DNA of 55,556 bases, the filler included, from Sluysia triapertura (taxonomy: Eukaryota), in NCBI GenBank assembly GCA_046118255.1. It is 4 parts of 4 records of this genome, joined end to end, with 100 filler letters (N's around TTAATTAATTAA, not from the genome) between each part and the next. Parts side by side here need not be neighbours in the genome. Positions count along the whole stretch, not along the records: positions 13,051 to 26,859 come from JBJNIA010018299.1; 3 more parts are not named here. The stretch is one strand, 5' to 3'. Positions 13,530-25,157 of the stretch are shown piece after piece. The translations under genes and the position numbers were made by a program. How positions within the stretch are numbered: the stretch's first letter is position 1; the number at the start of each line of letters is the position of its first letter. Under the pieces are notes generated by a model, which saw nothing but the letters and a program-made list of their open reading frames with translations, had not been told where the DNA came from and made no database searches.

Positions 13530-13981
13530 TCTCAGAATTAAATTTTCTTTTGAACCAAATCTTTACAAAAATTCTAAAAATCCTTCTTCAACTAAATAAA
13601 GTTCTAAAAAATTCTTCTTGAACTAAAATTCTAAAAATTCTTCTCAAAATTGCTTATCTAAAAATTTGTTGTTTTCGATTAAAAAATCCTACCTAATTAT
13701 AGTAAATTATATTCCAAGATGGACTCCGATGATTCAAACAAAAATAAATATTAATTGATTTAAACAAATAGAATTATTTCAATAAATATTAAATTAATTA
13801 TTTCAAATATTAAATTTTATAATTAAATTAATTGTTTCAACAGATATTAAATTTTATAAATTAATTATTTCAATTAAAGAACAAATATTTATTAAATTTT
13901 ATAAATTGATTAAATTAATTGTTTCAACAGATATTAAATTTTATAAATTAATTATTTCAATTAAAGAACAAATATTTATTT
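13530..13981. repeat. AT-rich tandem repeats: ~30-bp TTCTAAAAATTCTTC units and an ~87-bp duplication
   Basis: ttaaattaattgtttcaacagatattaaattttataaa...agaacaaatatttatt occurs at ~13823 and ~13910. Confidence 0.75.
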
Positions 13982-14486
13982 AATTATTATTAAATATTTA
14001 CAAGATTTAAATTATTAAATATAATTTATTCTTATAATAATAATATTGATTTTAACACATAAATAAACACAAAAATACAAAAAACTAAATATTTTTTACA
14101 ATGTCGAAAATGAAATAGAGTGTAAAGAAGTTATTATGATTTCGGGATAACATCAATCTATTTAAAGAATTAAAAAAATCAACAAATCAAACAAGTTTGA
14201 AATTCTTAATGAACAATAAATCATTATTTTTCGCTTGGAACGAAAATAAAATACTTTCAAATAGGTCAGTTATTAGAAGAGTCTTGAGGAAGTATAAATG
14301 CATTCGTTTATTTTTCGACCAATTATTATTAGAATCATTTCAATTCAAATTATTTTCCTGTAAACATCCTATATTGACGACTTTACTCGGACTTTTACAC
14401 TAAATTCTGAATTAAGTCACAGGTTCAAACAAATATTTCTAAACCAGAAGCATGATCTATTTACCTCTAACGTTAATAGAATTTTA

Positions 14487-15011
14487 ATGAATACGTTCAA
14501 TAAACCTAGTTCTTTTATTTCCATTCACGAAAATATTGAAAGAAACGTACATGATGTCAAATATGTTACGATATACACTTCTGAAGATAATGACATGACA
14601 ATTAGTTTTAAATTAGTTAATCATCATGTTAGTTATAAAACTATTAAATTATATAATCATTTTTTTCTTAGATTGAATTCACAATGGACGGTGAAACGTT
14701 GCACAGCCATACAGAAAACCTTCGATGTAGTTTATAATATAATCGAAATTTCGTTAAATATAATAAATTTTAATTGTCTTTGTCCAATTCAGTTTAGCTT
14801 TAATATTGTGTTTTTAATGAATAATATTTTAAGTCGTAGGAATAATGTATTTAATTGTAAAATATTAAGACACAAGTATGATCACTGTGAAATAGGTATT
14901 TTAAATGAGTCTTTTAGATCATCAATTGTATTTTATTATTCTTCTGAAATTGATATTAGGCCCTCATTTTTGATAAATATTTCTGATACAGTTTTATATT
15001 TTTACTTGTAA
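14487..15011 (+). CDS. Intronless orphan ORF (174 aa) within a longer decayed plus-strand coding region (~14100-15570)
   Basis: ATG-initiated ORF, long for this AT content; neighbouring same-strand ORF fragments; no recognised motif. Confidence 0.35.
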   Translation: MNTFNKPSSFISIHENIERNVHDVKYVTIYTSEDNDMTISFKLVNHHVSYKTIKLYNHFFLRLNSQWTVKRCTAIQKTFDVVYNIIEISLNIINFNCLCPIQFSFNIVFLMNNILSRRNNVFNCKILRHKYDHCEIGILNESFRSSIVFYYSSEIDIRPSFLINISDTVLYFYL

Positions 15012-15040
15012 TAAGTAAAAATATAAAACTGTATCAGAAA
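14980..15040. repeat. Perfect 28-bp inverted repeat with a 5-nt loop
   Basis: TTTCTGATACAGTTTTATATTTTTACTT-gtaat-AAGTAAAAATATAAAACTGTATCAGAAA. Confidence 0.95.
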
Positions 15041-15599
15041 AGTCCGAAACATATCGTCATACATTAAAAAAAGTAATAACAAAATAGTTCGAATGATGTT
15101 GATATCCTTAAACTTATGTCAAAGATTATATAGATCTAAACAACATCAAACATTATACAAACAAAATATCCTATTTATTTCGTGCTGCAGCCTTACATAA
15201 ATTGTTTTTCTTTAGCAGGGAAAATAAGAAGCATTTAACAGCAATAGAACTAGAAAATTTAGCTACACTTTCTATTCCGTTGACCAGATCAAAGCTGTTT
15301 GTATATTATTTCAGTACACAAGTACACAATCGTTTGGTTCATTTAACTTCACCACAGTTATGGAAATTCTGTCATATGTCGATGAACATTGTCAAGTGAT
15401 GTTTCGTACTAAACGTTTCAATCTTCATAATTCTTCTTTTGTTAAGTCGTTCGCTAGCGTTTACTCGTTAAATTTTGTACTTACATTACAAATGGTTTTA
15501 TGTTTTAAATTTATGATTTTAAAATTTAAATTATTTTTAAAACAAATCCACAAAAAACGATATAATTTATGATTTGCTAATTAATCATAATTATGAGAA

Positions 15600-16330
15600 C
15601 AGTTCTTTAAATAAATGTTTTATTAACTCATTATCATCAAATTCTGTCTGAAAATGAAACGTTAAACCTTAATCGAAAAACTAGCAATCAGTTTGATTCC
15701 AAAACTAAAGTTAAATTCATTTTTAATGTATCTTGACAATAATGATGATTGCTATTTTAACCCTTTGCAGTTCACTGTCGGGGTAGCCCGGACGCTAATT
15801 TAACATAAACATTGAAACGTTTATGTAATCTGTTATATGTCGAAGATGGTGCGATAAGAAAATATTTACATTTGCACCGACCCGTCATTGTAGTAATCGA
15901 AAACAAAAAAGAAACAGTATATTATTGCGATACGTGCACCCGAAAACCTGTTTTAAAAAATATCACACCCTAAAGGATTACAAAAAAATTAAGCAGGCAA
16001 TTCGATATTTTATAAACATTACATAAACGTAATTAAATTGATAAATAATTTAAGTATGTTTTTTGACTCAGCGTTTACTTGTGAAAATTTTGTATTTTCG
16101 CTTGAATTAAAAAGGATCTTTAATGGATTCAATGGAAATAAAATAGAACCGCAAAGGGTTAATGTGAGAAGTAATTTGGTACATCGAGTAGAGTAAAATG
16201 AAAATAATGATTGATCATTAATCATTATTATTTGTTCTGTACCTAATCAAGTTTGACAACGTAATTATCAAAGCTGTTATTATCGGTTTAATCCTCGACG
16301 GATTTTTAATGATTTGTGTAAGATAATGTT
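15600..16330 (-). mobile_element. Decayed LINE (CR1/L2-like) APE-endonuclease remnant interrupted by piggyBac; outer limits approximate
   Basis: Minus strand HYLTQIIKNPSRIKPIITALI...MINDQSL resembles APE LTQII.EPTRI...LID...SDH. Paralogues at ~28860-29040 and ~30040-30300. Confidence 0.55.
15761..16158 (+). mobile_element. piggyBac internal-deletion derivative
   Basis: TTAA TSD on both sides; TIR CCCTTTGCAGTTC / GAACCGCAAAGGG (12/13). Frameshifted remnant KKETVYYCDTCTRKP..CFKKYHTLKDY matches the piggyBac C-terminal Cys-rich domain. Confidence 0.92.
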
Positions 16331-16973
16331 TAATTGGAAAACTCAAAAATGATTAGGAGAAAGCATAGAGAATACTTTAAAATATTCGGATAACATTTAG
16401 GTATGGGTAAAATTATGATTTTTATTTTATTAACTACTTATTAAAATAATATTTTCATTAAAATAATTTAAAGTATTTAAATGAAAGTCCCTTTCTGCGT
16501 TTTATTTTTATAATTTTGGAAAAATTTCCCTTTGATTTGCATTTTTTAGATGAATGTTTTTTGGAAATTGAATTTTAATTTTACAATGCTTTGGTTGCGT
16601 CACCACTGGTTTACCAAATTAACAATACTATATGAAGTTGATTGGTAATTATATATTTCTTTGTTACTTTACGTTTAGAATGTTGGACTTTTTAAATCAG
16701 CATTAACTAACAGTTGCAAGGCTAATTAGGTCTCTCTTAATAAGTTTGATTTTAATATTTGCATTTTACCAAATTAAATTAAATCAAAATATTGGTTATT
16801 AATAAATCAAATACATTGTTAAATTTTAGGTGGTTCATTAAATGAATATATTTAATAATTCGATGAATTTCGCCTTATTCTGAAGTCGAAATAATAAACA
16901 TACTTTCGAACTTAATTTCAAAATTCACATAACAAAAGTAATATTTATTTTGAAATCAACTATATATTTATAT

Positions 16974-19727
16974 TTATTTTTTTGGTGGAAATAATATATC
17001 CATGGGATCTAATGTCTTCGATTCATCTTCTTCATCTTTTCTATTATAAATTTTGTACAATTTATTTCGACCTTGTAACGTTGGAAAGACACGTTTGTAA
17101 AGAGGCATCAAAATCACTTCGTTTTGTTGAAGTGTCTTCTGAAATATTGTTTTCATGTAACCTTTGTCTCCATGAGGTTCTTTTATAAATCCTTTGACAC
17201 CGGATCTAGTGAACAGTGGCACTTTTTTGAAATACAAAACGTCTTCACTGTTATGAAACATATACCGAACAATGGCTTTGTTCTTATGAACTCGATACAA
17301 GTCGCCACAAATACACACACGTTTTACAATAGGTCTTGTGGCGTCTATATTTACCAAGCACCCAGTAGCTACTAATTCAGCTACGTAAGGATCACCTTCA
17401 ACTTCACCGTATTCATTTACTTCTTGTCGAATTCTAAACTGAAGAACCGCTGCTGGTCCGAACTGAATTGGTGCCACGCAAGTCGTCAATACATTCTTTC
17501 CAGGTTCCATGAATGCGCAATACTTAGTTTTACCTCGACTTCCCAAATGAGCTTCATTCTGACCTGAAAAGTCCGAATAAATCGGACAACCAATATATCT
17601 AAAATTACAAAAGAATTTTAACTGAAATATTATTTTATGTATGTTTGAAGTATTCACCTAAGACAATTATCAAAAAATTTTAGGTCAAAGAGCGGCAGAA
17701 ATCACACGACACATGACACTGAAGAACTTGAAGACAACCTCGAATTTAATGCAATTTCCGTCTAACTACTTTAGTAATTAAATTTTTATTTTAAAAGTAA
17801 TTAAATAAATGATAAAATACAAACCTTCGGAATCCCACTTGAAACATCATTTCTTCATCGCTTTTGATTGGTTCAGAAACAGGATCGATTTTACCGACAT
17901 TTGTGTCCAGATATGTTGTAGCATCTTCTCCAAATTCTACACATTCTTCATCATTACTGGCTTTCAAATTCGCTGCTTTTTCGATATTTTCTTCGTCCAC
18001 TTCTTCAACACGCTTTTCATTCATATGAATAACCCCCACCAGTTGTTCCATTGGAAGCAAAGTAGTACAAATTAAATATTTGTGAGAATTTTTTGTCAAC
18101 ACTTCGTAATCATTTTTAGTAAAGTTCATCAAAGTTATAATACAATTAGATCCTGGTGATACAAAATTTTCCGTTGTCTTCGAATTTTGCGTTTTAATTT
18201 TTTTAATTAAACGATTTCGATCGTGGAAATAATTAGCAAAGTCGAATAAACCTTGATAATCCGATGGTAAATTTTCATTTTCAGGCCACTTTGATAATTT
18301 AAAATTGGTAATTGCACGAAAATCTTTGAATTTTTCAACAGCACTTTTATCTCGTTCTAAAACAACCTCATCTGGACAATGATGTTCTTCGACTGATTCG
18401 TGGAACTTTTGTATTTGAGCTGTAGAAAAACCACTCATAGCAGTAGTTGCCACAGACATTCGACAACTTCCTTGATCTCTAAAAATAAATTTATAAAACA
18501 AAATTTGTAACCAATATAAAATAAAAAATCTTACTCATCGCTGTTGTAATCAGAAATTGATTCAACTTCTTCTTCTTCTTCTTCTTCGTCACTTTCCATT
18601 TCTTCATTGTAGTTATTTATATCTTCATCATCCGTTTCCATTTCTACATCTTCACCCGCATCATTGTCAGATTCTTTAAGAACTGTAGTATCAGTAGAAT
18701 GATCGACTTCAATTTTATTAAATCTAACATCAATTTTTCGACCTTCTAATATTTTATTAGAATCTGATGAATTAATCCAATTTACTTCTTTAATTTTAAA
18801 ATCACCAATACCTGTACAATGAATAAACTTCGACAGTGTCGCATCTAATCCATGACCTCTTAATATTCCATTTACATTTAATTCATTTTTATTCGAATCA
18901 TATTTGAAAAATTGACTTAAAATATAACCACGTTTATGTTTCAAATTATTATCATTCAATAATGCCTTTTTAGTGGAGAAATAATTTGGTTTACAACCGT
19001 CACACAAATGTTGCAATATTTTCCATGATTGAGATGAATTTGTGAAATTAAAATAATTTTCACTAATGTCAAATTTTAAACGAATTGAAAAATCAGACTT
19101 TATCATATTTAATTTATCTCTTCGTTCATGTAAATCAATGAAACAACTAGACGGAAATCCTTGAGAAATAGCACACTTAAATAATTCCTTAAAATAATCA
19201 CTTTCTAATATATCTATATTAGAAGGCAACAAAAATATTGCCCAATCAACAACTTTTAATAAATCCAAATAATTGAATTGATCTTCAAATTTACATTTAA
19301 CAAATGCTAAATTCTTTTTAAACTTTTTAGTTTGAAGAACAAAATCTTCACTATTCAGTTTCGTAAATAATGGATCATTAATTGGAGGAATATTGAAATG
19401 AACCACGTTTGAGTTACCACACCCAAGCAATTTAATAAATAAATTAATTTCATTTGTTTCACCTGACATAGGAAATAACCCACAAAGTAAGGGTGCATTG
19501 TCCTTATCACCACGGTTATAGAACGATGAATCTTTAAGTTGCTGATCTAATAAATTTCGTTTTTGCTTTTCTTTGAACTCCCTTACTTTCTTTGAATTTT
19601 CGTTTGCCAATTTATCTTTCACCTTTTTAGTTTCCGGTACTTTAAATGATTTATTCTTTTTTACTGATTTTGTTGCATCCTTATGTTTCTTATTAATCTG
19701 AGATAACTTACCAGGCTTATGGGTCAT
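16974..19727 (-). CDS. TSR1: Pre-rRNA-processing protein TSR1 homolog, 3 exons (19727-18535, 18478-17825, 17598-16974), ~823 aa
   Basis: N-terminal HKPGKLSQINKKHK; YLDLLKVVDW; RGYIL..GILRGHGL..IHCTGIGDFKI; PDEV; FQVGFRRY.GCPIYS; AIVRYMFHNSEDVLYFK..GFIKEPHGDKGYMK..LMPLYKRVFP. GT-AG introns of 56 and 226 nt restore the frame. Confidence 0.96.
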
Positions 19728-20608
19728 TTTACTATTTTTTTAGGATTAAAAATTATAAATATTTAAACAAAAAAAATTTTAAAAACATTAAAATATAATG
19801 AAAAAAAATATATTTCAAAATTTAAAACTATTTTAGAATTTCATTAAAATAATAAAACGCAAAATCAAAAATTTAATTATTATAATTACTTTTATCAAAA
19901 CGTTTTGAAAATTTTAGAAAATAATTTACATATGTTTGTAAGTTTGTATATTTCTGTCAATATACAAAATAGCAAGATAATAATAATTTGCAAAATATAA
20001 GTGGTACCTAATATTATTCTTGAACAATGTTAGTTTGATGATTTTATATGTATTACAAAGTTTACTTAGATAGGTAAGTAAACTTATGTAAGTAAGCTTA
20101 GGTAAGGAGACTTATCAAAATACAATTATGATATCCACATTTAAACAAATAAATGTAATAGTAAGTTCTCAAGCTGACCAAATCTGGAAAGATAAACCAG
20201 CCAGGTAGAAGTTAGCACATTCTTTATTTATCTTGCCCAAAAATATGCAATTATATTAATTATCTTCTTGGTCTATTCTTCTTGGTGCGAAATTGAAATA
20301 ATACCGAATTAAAAAGAACCACATTGACCTGAAAATTGCAAATCAAACTCCAAATCGAAAGTTTACCTTATTGAGTTATGAAATTATTATATGCCTAAAA
20401 CGCGGATTATGTCGATTTTGAGTTTTCTTGTATAAAATGCCGAATATGGGTTACTTACTATAATTAATTAATTTCTAATAATAATTCGTTTATTAATCCG
20501 TTTCATAAAAGAATTTTAATTTTTTAAAATAATTTTAACTTTAACTTTTCAAAATTTTAATTCTTTTTAAAATTTTAGTCTGATTATTTGTAATAATATG
20601 GAGTAAAT

Positions 20609-20698
20609 CAGCGATGGCGAACCTTTTTGACAAGTGGTCACTTGAAATCGTTGCGTGGGTCAGTGTCTGACCCGTGGGTCATAGGTTTTTTCATCTAA
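20609..20698. mobile_element. Tiny hAT (Charlie/OC1-like) MITE remnant
   Basis: CAGCGATGGCGAACCT left end; degenerate ATAGGTT..CATC right end; internal GGGTCAG-tgt-CTGACCC palindrome; no clear 8-bp TSD. Confidence 0.55.
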
Positions 20699-20779
20699 TC
20701 TTAATATTCGTTCCTTAATCGTATTTCGGCTTATAGACAACTCATTAATGCGCTTTATTATAATCCATTATAATTATTA

Positions 20780-22530
20780 TTGGCGCATATCATATAGATT
20801 ACGTGGGGTGGTGATGTTGGAATAATAGAATAAAGTCCTTTTATCTGGTTTTCTTTGGTGGTGTCCATAGTTTTCTTGATTTCAATGTATTTTTGATTTT
20901 CTACTATTTCTTCATTCTCATTATTTTGTATTGATTGTATATTTAATTATTGTCTTTCTTTTATATTTTGTCTTACTTTCTTAGTGCATTTAATTGCGCG
21001 TCTGCGTGGTGATGTAGGACGTATTTTGCCAAAAATGGAAAACTTCCAATTATTAATTTCCATGTGAAACCTGAAATTTTATAAATTCTAACCATTGAAA
21101 AGGCTTGAGAAATTATCAGAACTATTACCTTAATTATTATATATATTCCTATTAATCCAGAGAATGCTTGTCCTAATATCAAAAATTTTTCCCATATTTG
21201 TTTTAGTGTGTCTTCTGCAGCTCTTTTAAAATGATCTGGCCATAATAACAATTCGAAATTCTTTTCGACTGCTGCTTTGTCTACGGTCAATATTTTTGAT
21301 CTATTTATTGGGAATAATATTTCCCGCTATGCTGCTTGGATATCATCATTCGTGTAAATTCCGGAATTCGGTATATTTTCGTAGCTAAAAATTTTAATTC
21401 GGTTAATCCTATTATTTCCGGAGTTTTTACATGACTCCTATAAATTTTTAAATCCATAAATTATTGTCGATTCTGTATTCTGGTGCCATAACATTTGAGC
21501 ATTGCATTAATTTCGGTTTGACTTTATTATTCGGATAGATTACTCTAGTTACCGGTTCTAAATATGTTTTTATTTTTAGGCAATTCATTTGTGCATTCAG
21601 TGGTTGATCTTAATTGTACTTCAACCTTTTTGCATTTATGTGTATAATACTTCTATTATTAGTCGACCGAAAACTCCTTCCTATAATGTTAGTAATGGTG
21701 CAACTAAGTCTGGATTGGTGATTGCTACAGCTAATTTCTGATGTAAAATTTCTTTATTCAATTGGCAATGGCGTGTAACCATAATTTGATAAATTTTTTC
21801 TAGTGAAATCAAATCTAAATGATAGTAGAAATCAATTTTATTGTTAAAATAAGCATTTAATTTTATATTTTTTGTATCGTCACCCTTCTTCGCTTGTTGA
21901 ATTATTTTTTCAGAGAGGAAAATTCCTTGATAGTTAGTTTCTGTTATCTCTTTCCCGCATGGAATTACTGTTCCCTTAGCGATAAAAATCAGACCATCTT
22001 CTTCTCTGCAGGTCATTAGCATTGTCGGTGTTTCTATTTCATCTAATCTTTTTCTTTGAATGTGGTCAGCATTCTTATTTATTTCTTCTAATGGGTGTTC
22101 GTCTTTGTCTTGATACATGACTCCTGATATTACATTAAATTTTATTTGTTTAAGAAATATTAGTAGACATTGAAATTTGTCCAGTTCGTAAATTAGTATT
22201 GATTCTCCAGTGTTGCAACTGGTTTGATCACTTTTACAATATGATCGGCACACCATGGTGCCTTTTTCCATATAAAAACTTTCACTAAATGATTTTAAAC
22301 TAACCATTCATGTCTCTTGTGCGACAACATTGTGGTATATCTTTCTTTCATATTTAATTGTCCCTTGTTCGCATGTTCCATCTATCAATACGTTTCCAGA
22401 GGTTCTTATATTATAAATTACCTTTTCATGATTTCCGATTTTTAATTTGTCTCCCTTTGTTAGACTTATGTAACCGATTTAAAATGCATCTCCGCATTGT
22501 TTAGGATATATTTAAGATATTATATCATAA
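20780..22530 (-). pseudogene. Endogenous viral element: chuvirus-like (class III, gB-like) envelope glycoprotein, 5'-truncated, with stops and frameshifts
   Basis: Collinear motifs: SGNVLIDGTCEQG..HNVVAQET*MVSL; NAYFNNKIDFYY..YQIMVTRHCQLNKEILHQKLAVAITNPD; KCKKVEVQLRSTTECTNELP; YLEPVTRVI..CSNVMAPEYRI..W; SGIYTNDDI..ILFP; TM region WEKFLILGQAFSGLIGIYIIIKVI. No introns. Confidence 0.85.
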
Positions 22531-22899
22531 CGACATTATTAAAAATTTAAAATTTTTAATCTTAAAACCCATTGTTTAATTAAATTAATTCAAAAAACGG
22601 AACATAAAACAAAGAAGTAAGAAGTTTACTATATATATGTATAAAACAGAATTCTAGGAAAAAATCAATAAATTTTTGAAGGAACAATAATTCTTCGAGA
22701 GCATGACAATTTTGGAGATTACAGTATTTTGGAATCAATAACCAGGATCTTTCATAGATAATCGAAGACTTTTCAATTGAGTTTCCTTGCATAGGTAAAT
22801 TTTTATATAAGTTGTTACATTCCTAATCTTAAACGATAGGATCATTAAAATATACTTAATTTGTATTTAATTTATCCTATACCGTATATGGATAGGTAA

Positions 22900-23560
22900 A
22901 ACTTCATCTAATCTTATCGTTTATACCTAAACCTTAAGCTTAAGGTATTAATTTGCATATCATTACTATATTATTATTCAATTTTATTGTCTAACAATAA
23001 TTCATTCTTTGGAGAGTTAAGAAATTGTTTTTTATAATTTAATAATTTATTAAACTATCCTTACACAAATCAGACCCTAACAGGCTGACTTAACTTAGAA
23101 CAAATAAATTTAAAAAACAAAGCAAATTAGAAAGTTGATAACAATCTCCATTTTAATATATTGGATTCATTACATAAGCACCTCAAATTGCATGACGAAT
23201 TAAGAAAGCTAACATCCATAAAGCCAATTAAGGCATTCTTAATATAGTTAAGAGCTAATTTCTTTATAAAAATCTAATTGGAGCTTCTTCGTTCAGACAT
23301 AAAACGCGTCTAATTAGTCTTATTAACCTCCAGAGCTTATTCATTTTGCTAGTTAGGCTTCTTTTAAGTAAAACCACAGCAGTATAAAATTTATAAAGTA
23401 CAAAATAGCATTCAGACACACTGACAAAAGTTTAATAAAATAAAGGTAAAGAAATAACACATAAATTTTTGAAGACTTAGAAGAAACGAAAACACTTGCG
23501 ATTTAAAGATATTACACAAGCTTTGGCAAAGATTCTTCTGTATATTAGGTAAATGAAGCC
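22900..23560 (-). mobile_element. Probable highly decayed LINE ORF2 C-terminal remnant
   Basis: MNKLWRLIRLIRRVLCLNEEAPIRFL resembles the post-RT motif KL.RLQ.R..R.I....AP...L; many stops. Confidence 0.3.
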
Positions 23561-24040
23561 CTAAAACTTTTTATATATAAGATCTTCATGCATTTTTATT
23601 AAAATTTTGATAGATAAAATGAATCGAAAATCAAAAAGGAATCAATAAAAGTTTAATAAATTCAAACTGAAATTTATACGTAAGGTTCGACAACCTAGAT
23701 AAACTAATCACCGATTCAAAAAATGGAAATGTAATTTATTATTTTAAATTTCAATACAATAGTGAAATATAATTATTTTTTGTTACCAAGTTCATATAGT
23801 TTTGCATAATTTTAAAACTAAAAGATTTATTTTTTAGTAATTTGTAGACACTGAATATTAAGAAAACAATCTACTGTATAAACGTTGGTTTTCGTGATTA
23901 AAATGTTGAATATATTATGAAGTTGATGACTTTATTTGTTACCCACAACACGTAGCCATGTGCAGTAAAAATATTAATACGCTTTAAAAAATTTAATTAT
24001 TTAAAAATAATATATTAGGAACAAATATAACAAACTAATT

Positions 24041-24884
24041 TTATTGGCTATTATCGTCAAATACTCCTTGCCACATTCTTAAAATGTTTTCATCAGCATT
24101 GAAAACTCTCTCTATCATTTCATTAATATTAGCAAAATGATCTAAAACCTCCAGAAAGTCTAGAAATTGATTTCTATTTTGCTTCATAATCCAAATACAA
24201 CAGGAAACAAGAACGTCTAATGACTCTGCTGATTCTCTAATGATAAAAGAACCCGTGTTTTCAATGTTTTCATTCATAAATTTACAAAATAATTCAAATT
24301 CTTTCAATAGAGACGTTCTTTCTATATGGATTGTTCTGTTAATTACATTAAGTTTAATTTTTACTGGATTGTTAATAAAACAAAAATATTATCAAAATAA
24401 CTCACCCGTATTTAACGTATTTTTCTACTTGTTTTTTCTTTTGTGAAAAGGCATAGTAAGATAAAGGCCACGGATATCTTCTTTCGTAAGTTAACGTGGT
24501 TAAACCAATATTTTCCCACCACTCTGATCGCAAAAATATATACTTGAATAACATTTTTGCATAATTAAATTGTAATCGCATATTATGTTCAGTAATCCTT
24601 TCAGACAACTCTTTCCCTTTCAAAATGATTGAATCACCTTTACCATTTATATTAGAAGTTAAGCTTTCAATATTAATAGAAATGTCATCGAATCCACTAA
24701 ATAATTGTCCATCAATCGAAAAAAATGGCATTTCTGATAATTTATTCAAATATTCGACATTTTTTAGTTTTTCAATTTTACAATGAATTTTCTTCATACT
24801 GAACAAGTAAAAAGCTGTTAAAGAAACTGCTGTTTCAGATGGCAAACTATCAATCTTTTCACCGTAAATTGTAACAGTGGTCAT
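24041..24884 (-). CDS. MTX2: Metaxin-2-like mitochondrial outer-membrane protein, 2 exons (24884-24406, 24335-24041), ~257 aa
   Basis: MTTVTIYGEKIDSLPSETAVSL; W..NI...YERRYPWPLSYYAFSQKKKQV (metaxin-2 YPWPL); ESLDVLV. A 70-nt GG|gtgag...aacag|A intron restores the frame. Confidence 0.8.
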
Positions 24885-25157
24885 TCTTAACTTCACTACA
24901 GTATAAAATAAAATTATTTGCTTAATATAAAATGTAATGCTATATAGAATATTAAAATAATAGTCAGTGAAACATTGCTGTAGATTTTATAAAAATAAGA
25001 TAAACATAACTTTATGCATTAAGCATGAATATGTGCAGAAACAAAATATAAGTGTTGTTTTTAATATGAAGACTTTATTATATTTTATTTTTAGTAATTA
25101 TTTATTTAATATTGTACTGGCACCCATATATAATACATTTTTATCTCAAGCGTTGAT

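Noticed and set aside
17694-17705. 12-mer GTGATTTCTGCC matching 28S rRNA; SNORD91-type C/D snoRNA
   Set aside because: The match is sense, not antisense, on the host-gene strand, and no C (RTGATGA) or D (CTGA) box is present.
16982-18075. Plus-strand ORFs 16982, 17124 and 17809
   Set aside because: Antisense shadows of TSR1 exons; 24240 (metaxin) and 53804 are similar cases.
20780-22530. Stop-codon reassignment (TGA=Trp, TAA/TAG=Gln) to explain in-frame stops here and at ~51300
   Set aside because: The same regions also have frameshifts. TSR1 and metaxin have no internal stops, use TGG for Trp and end in TAA.
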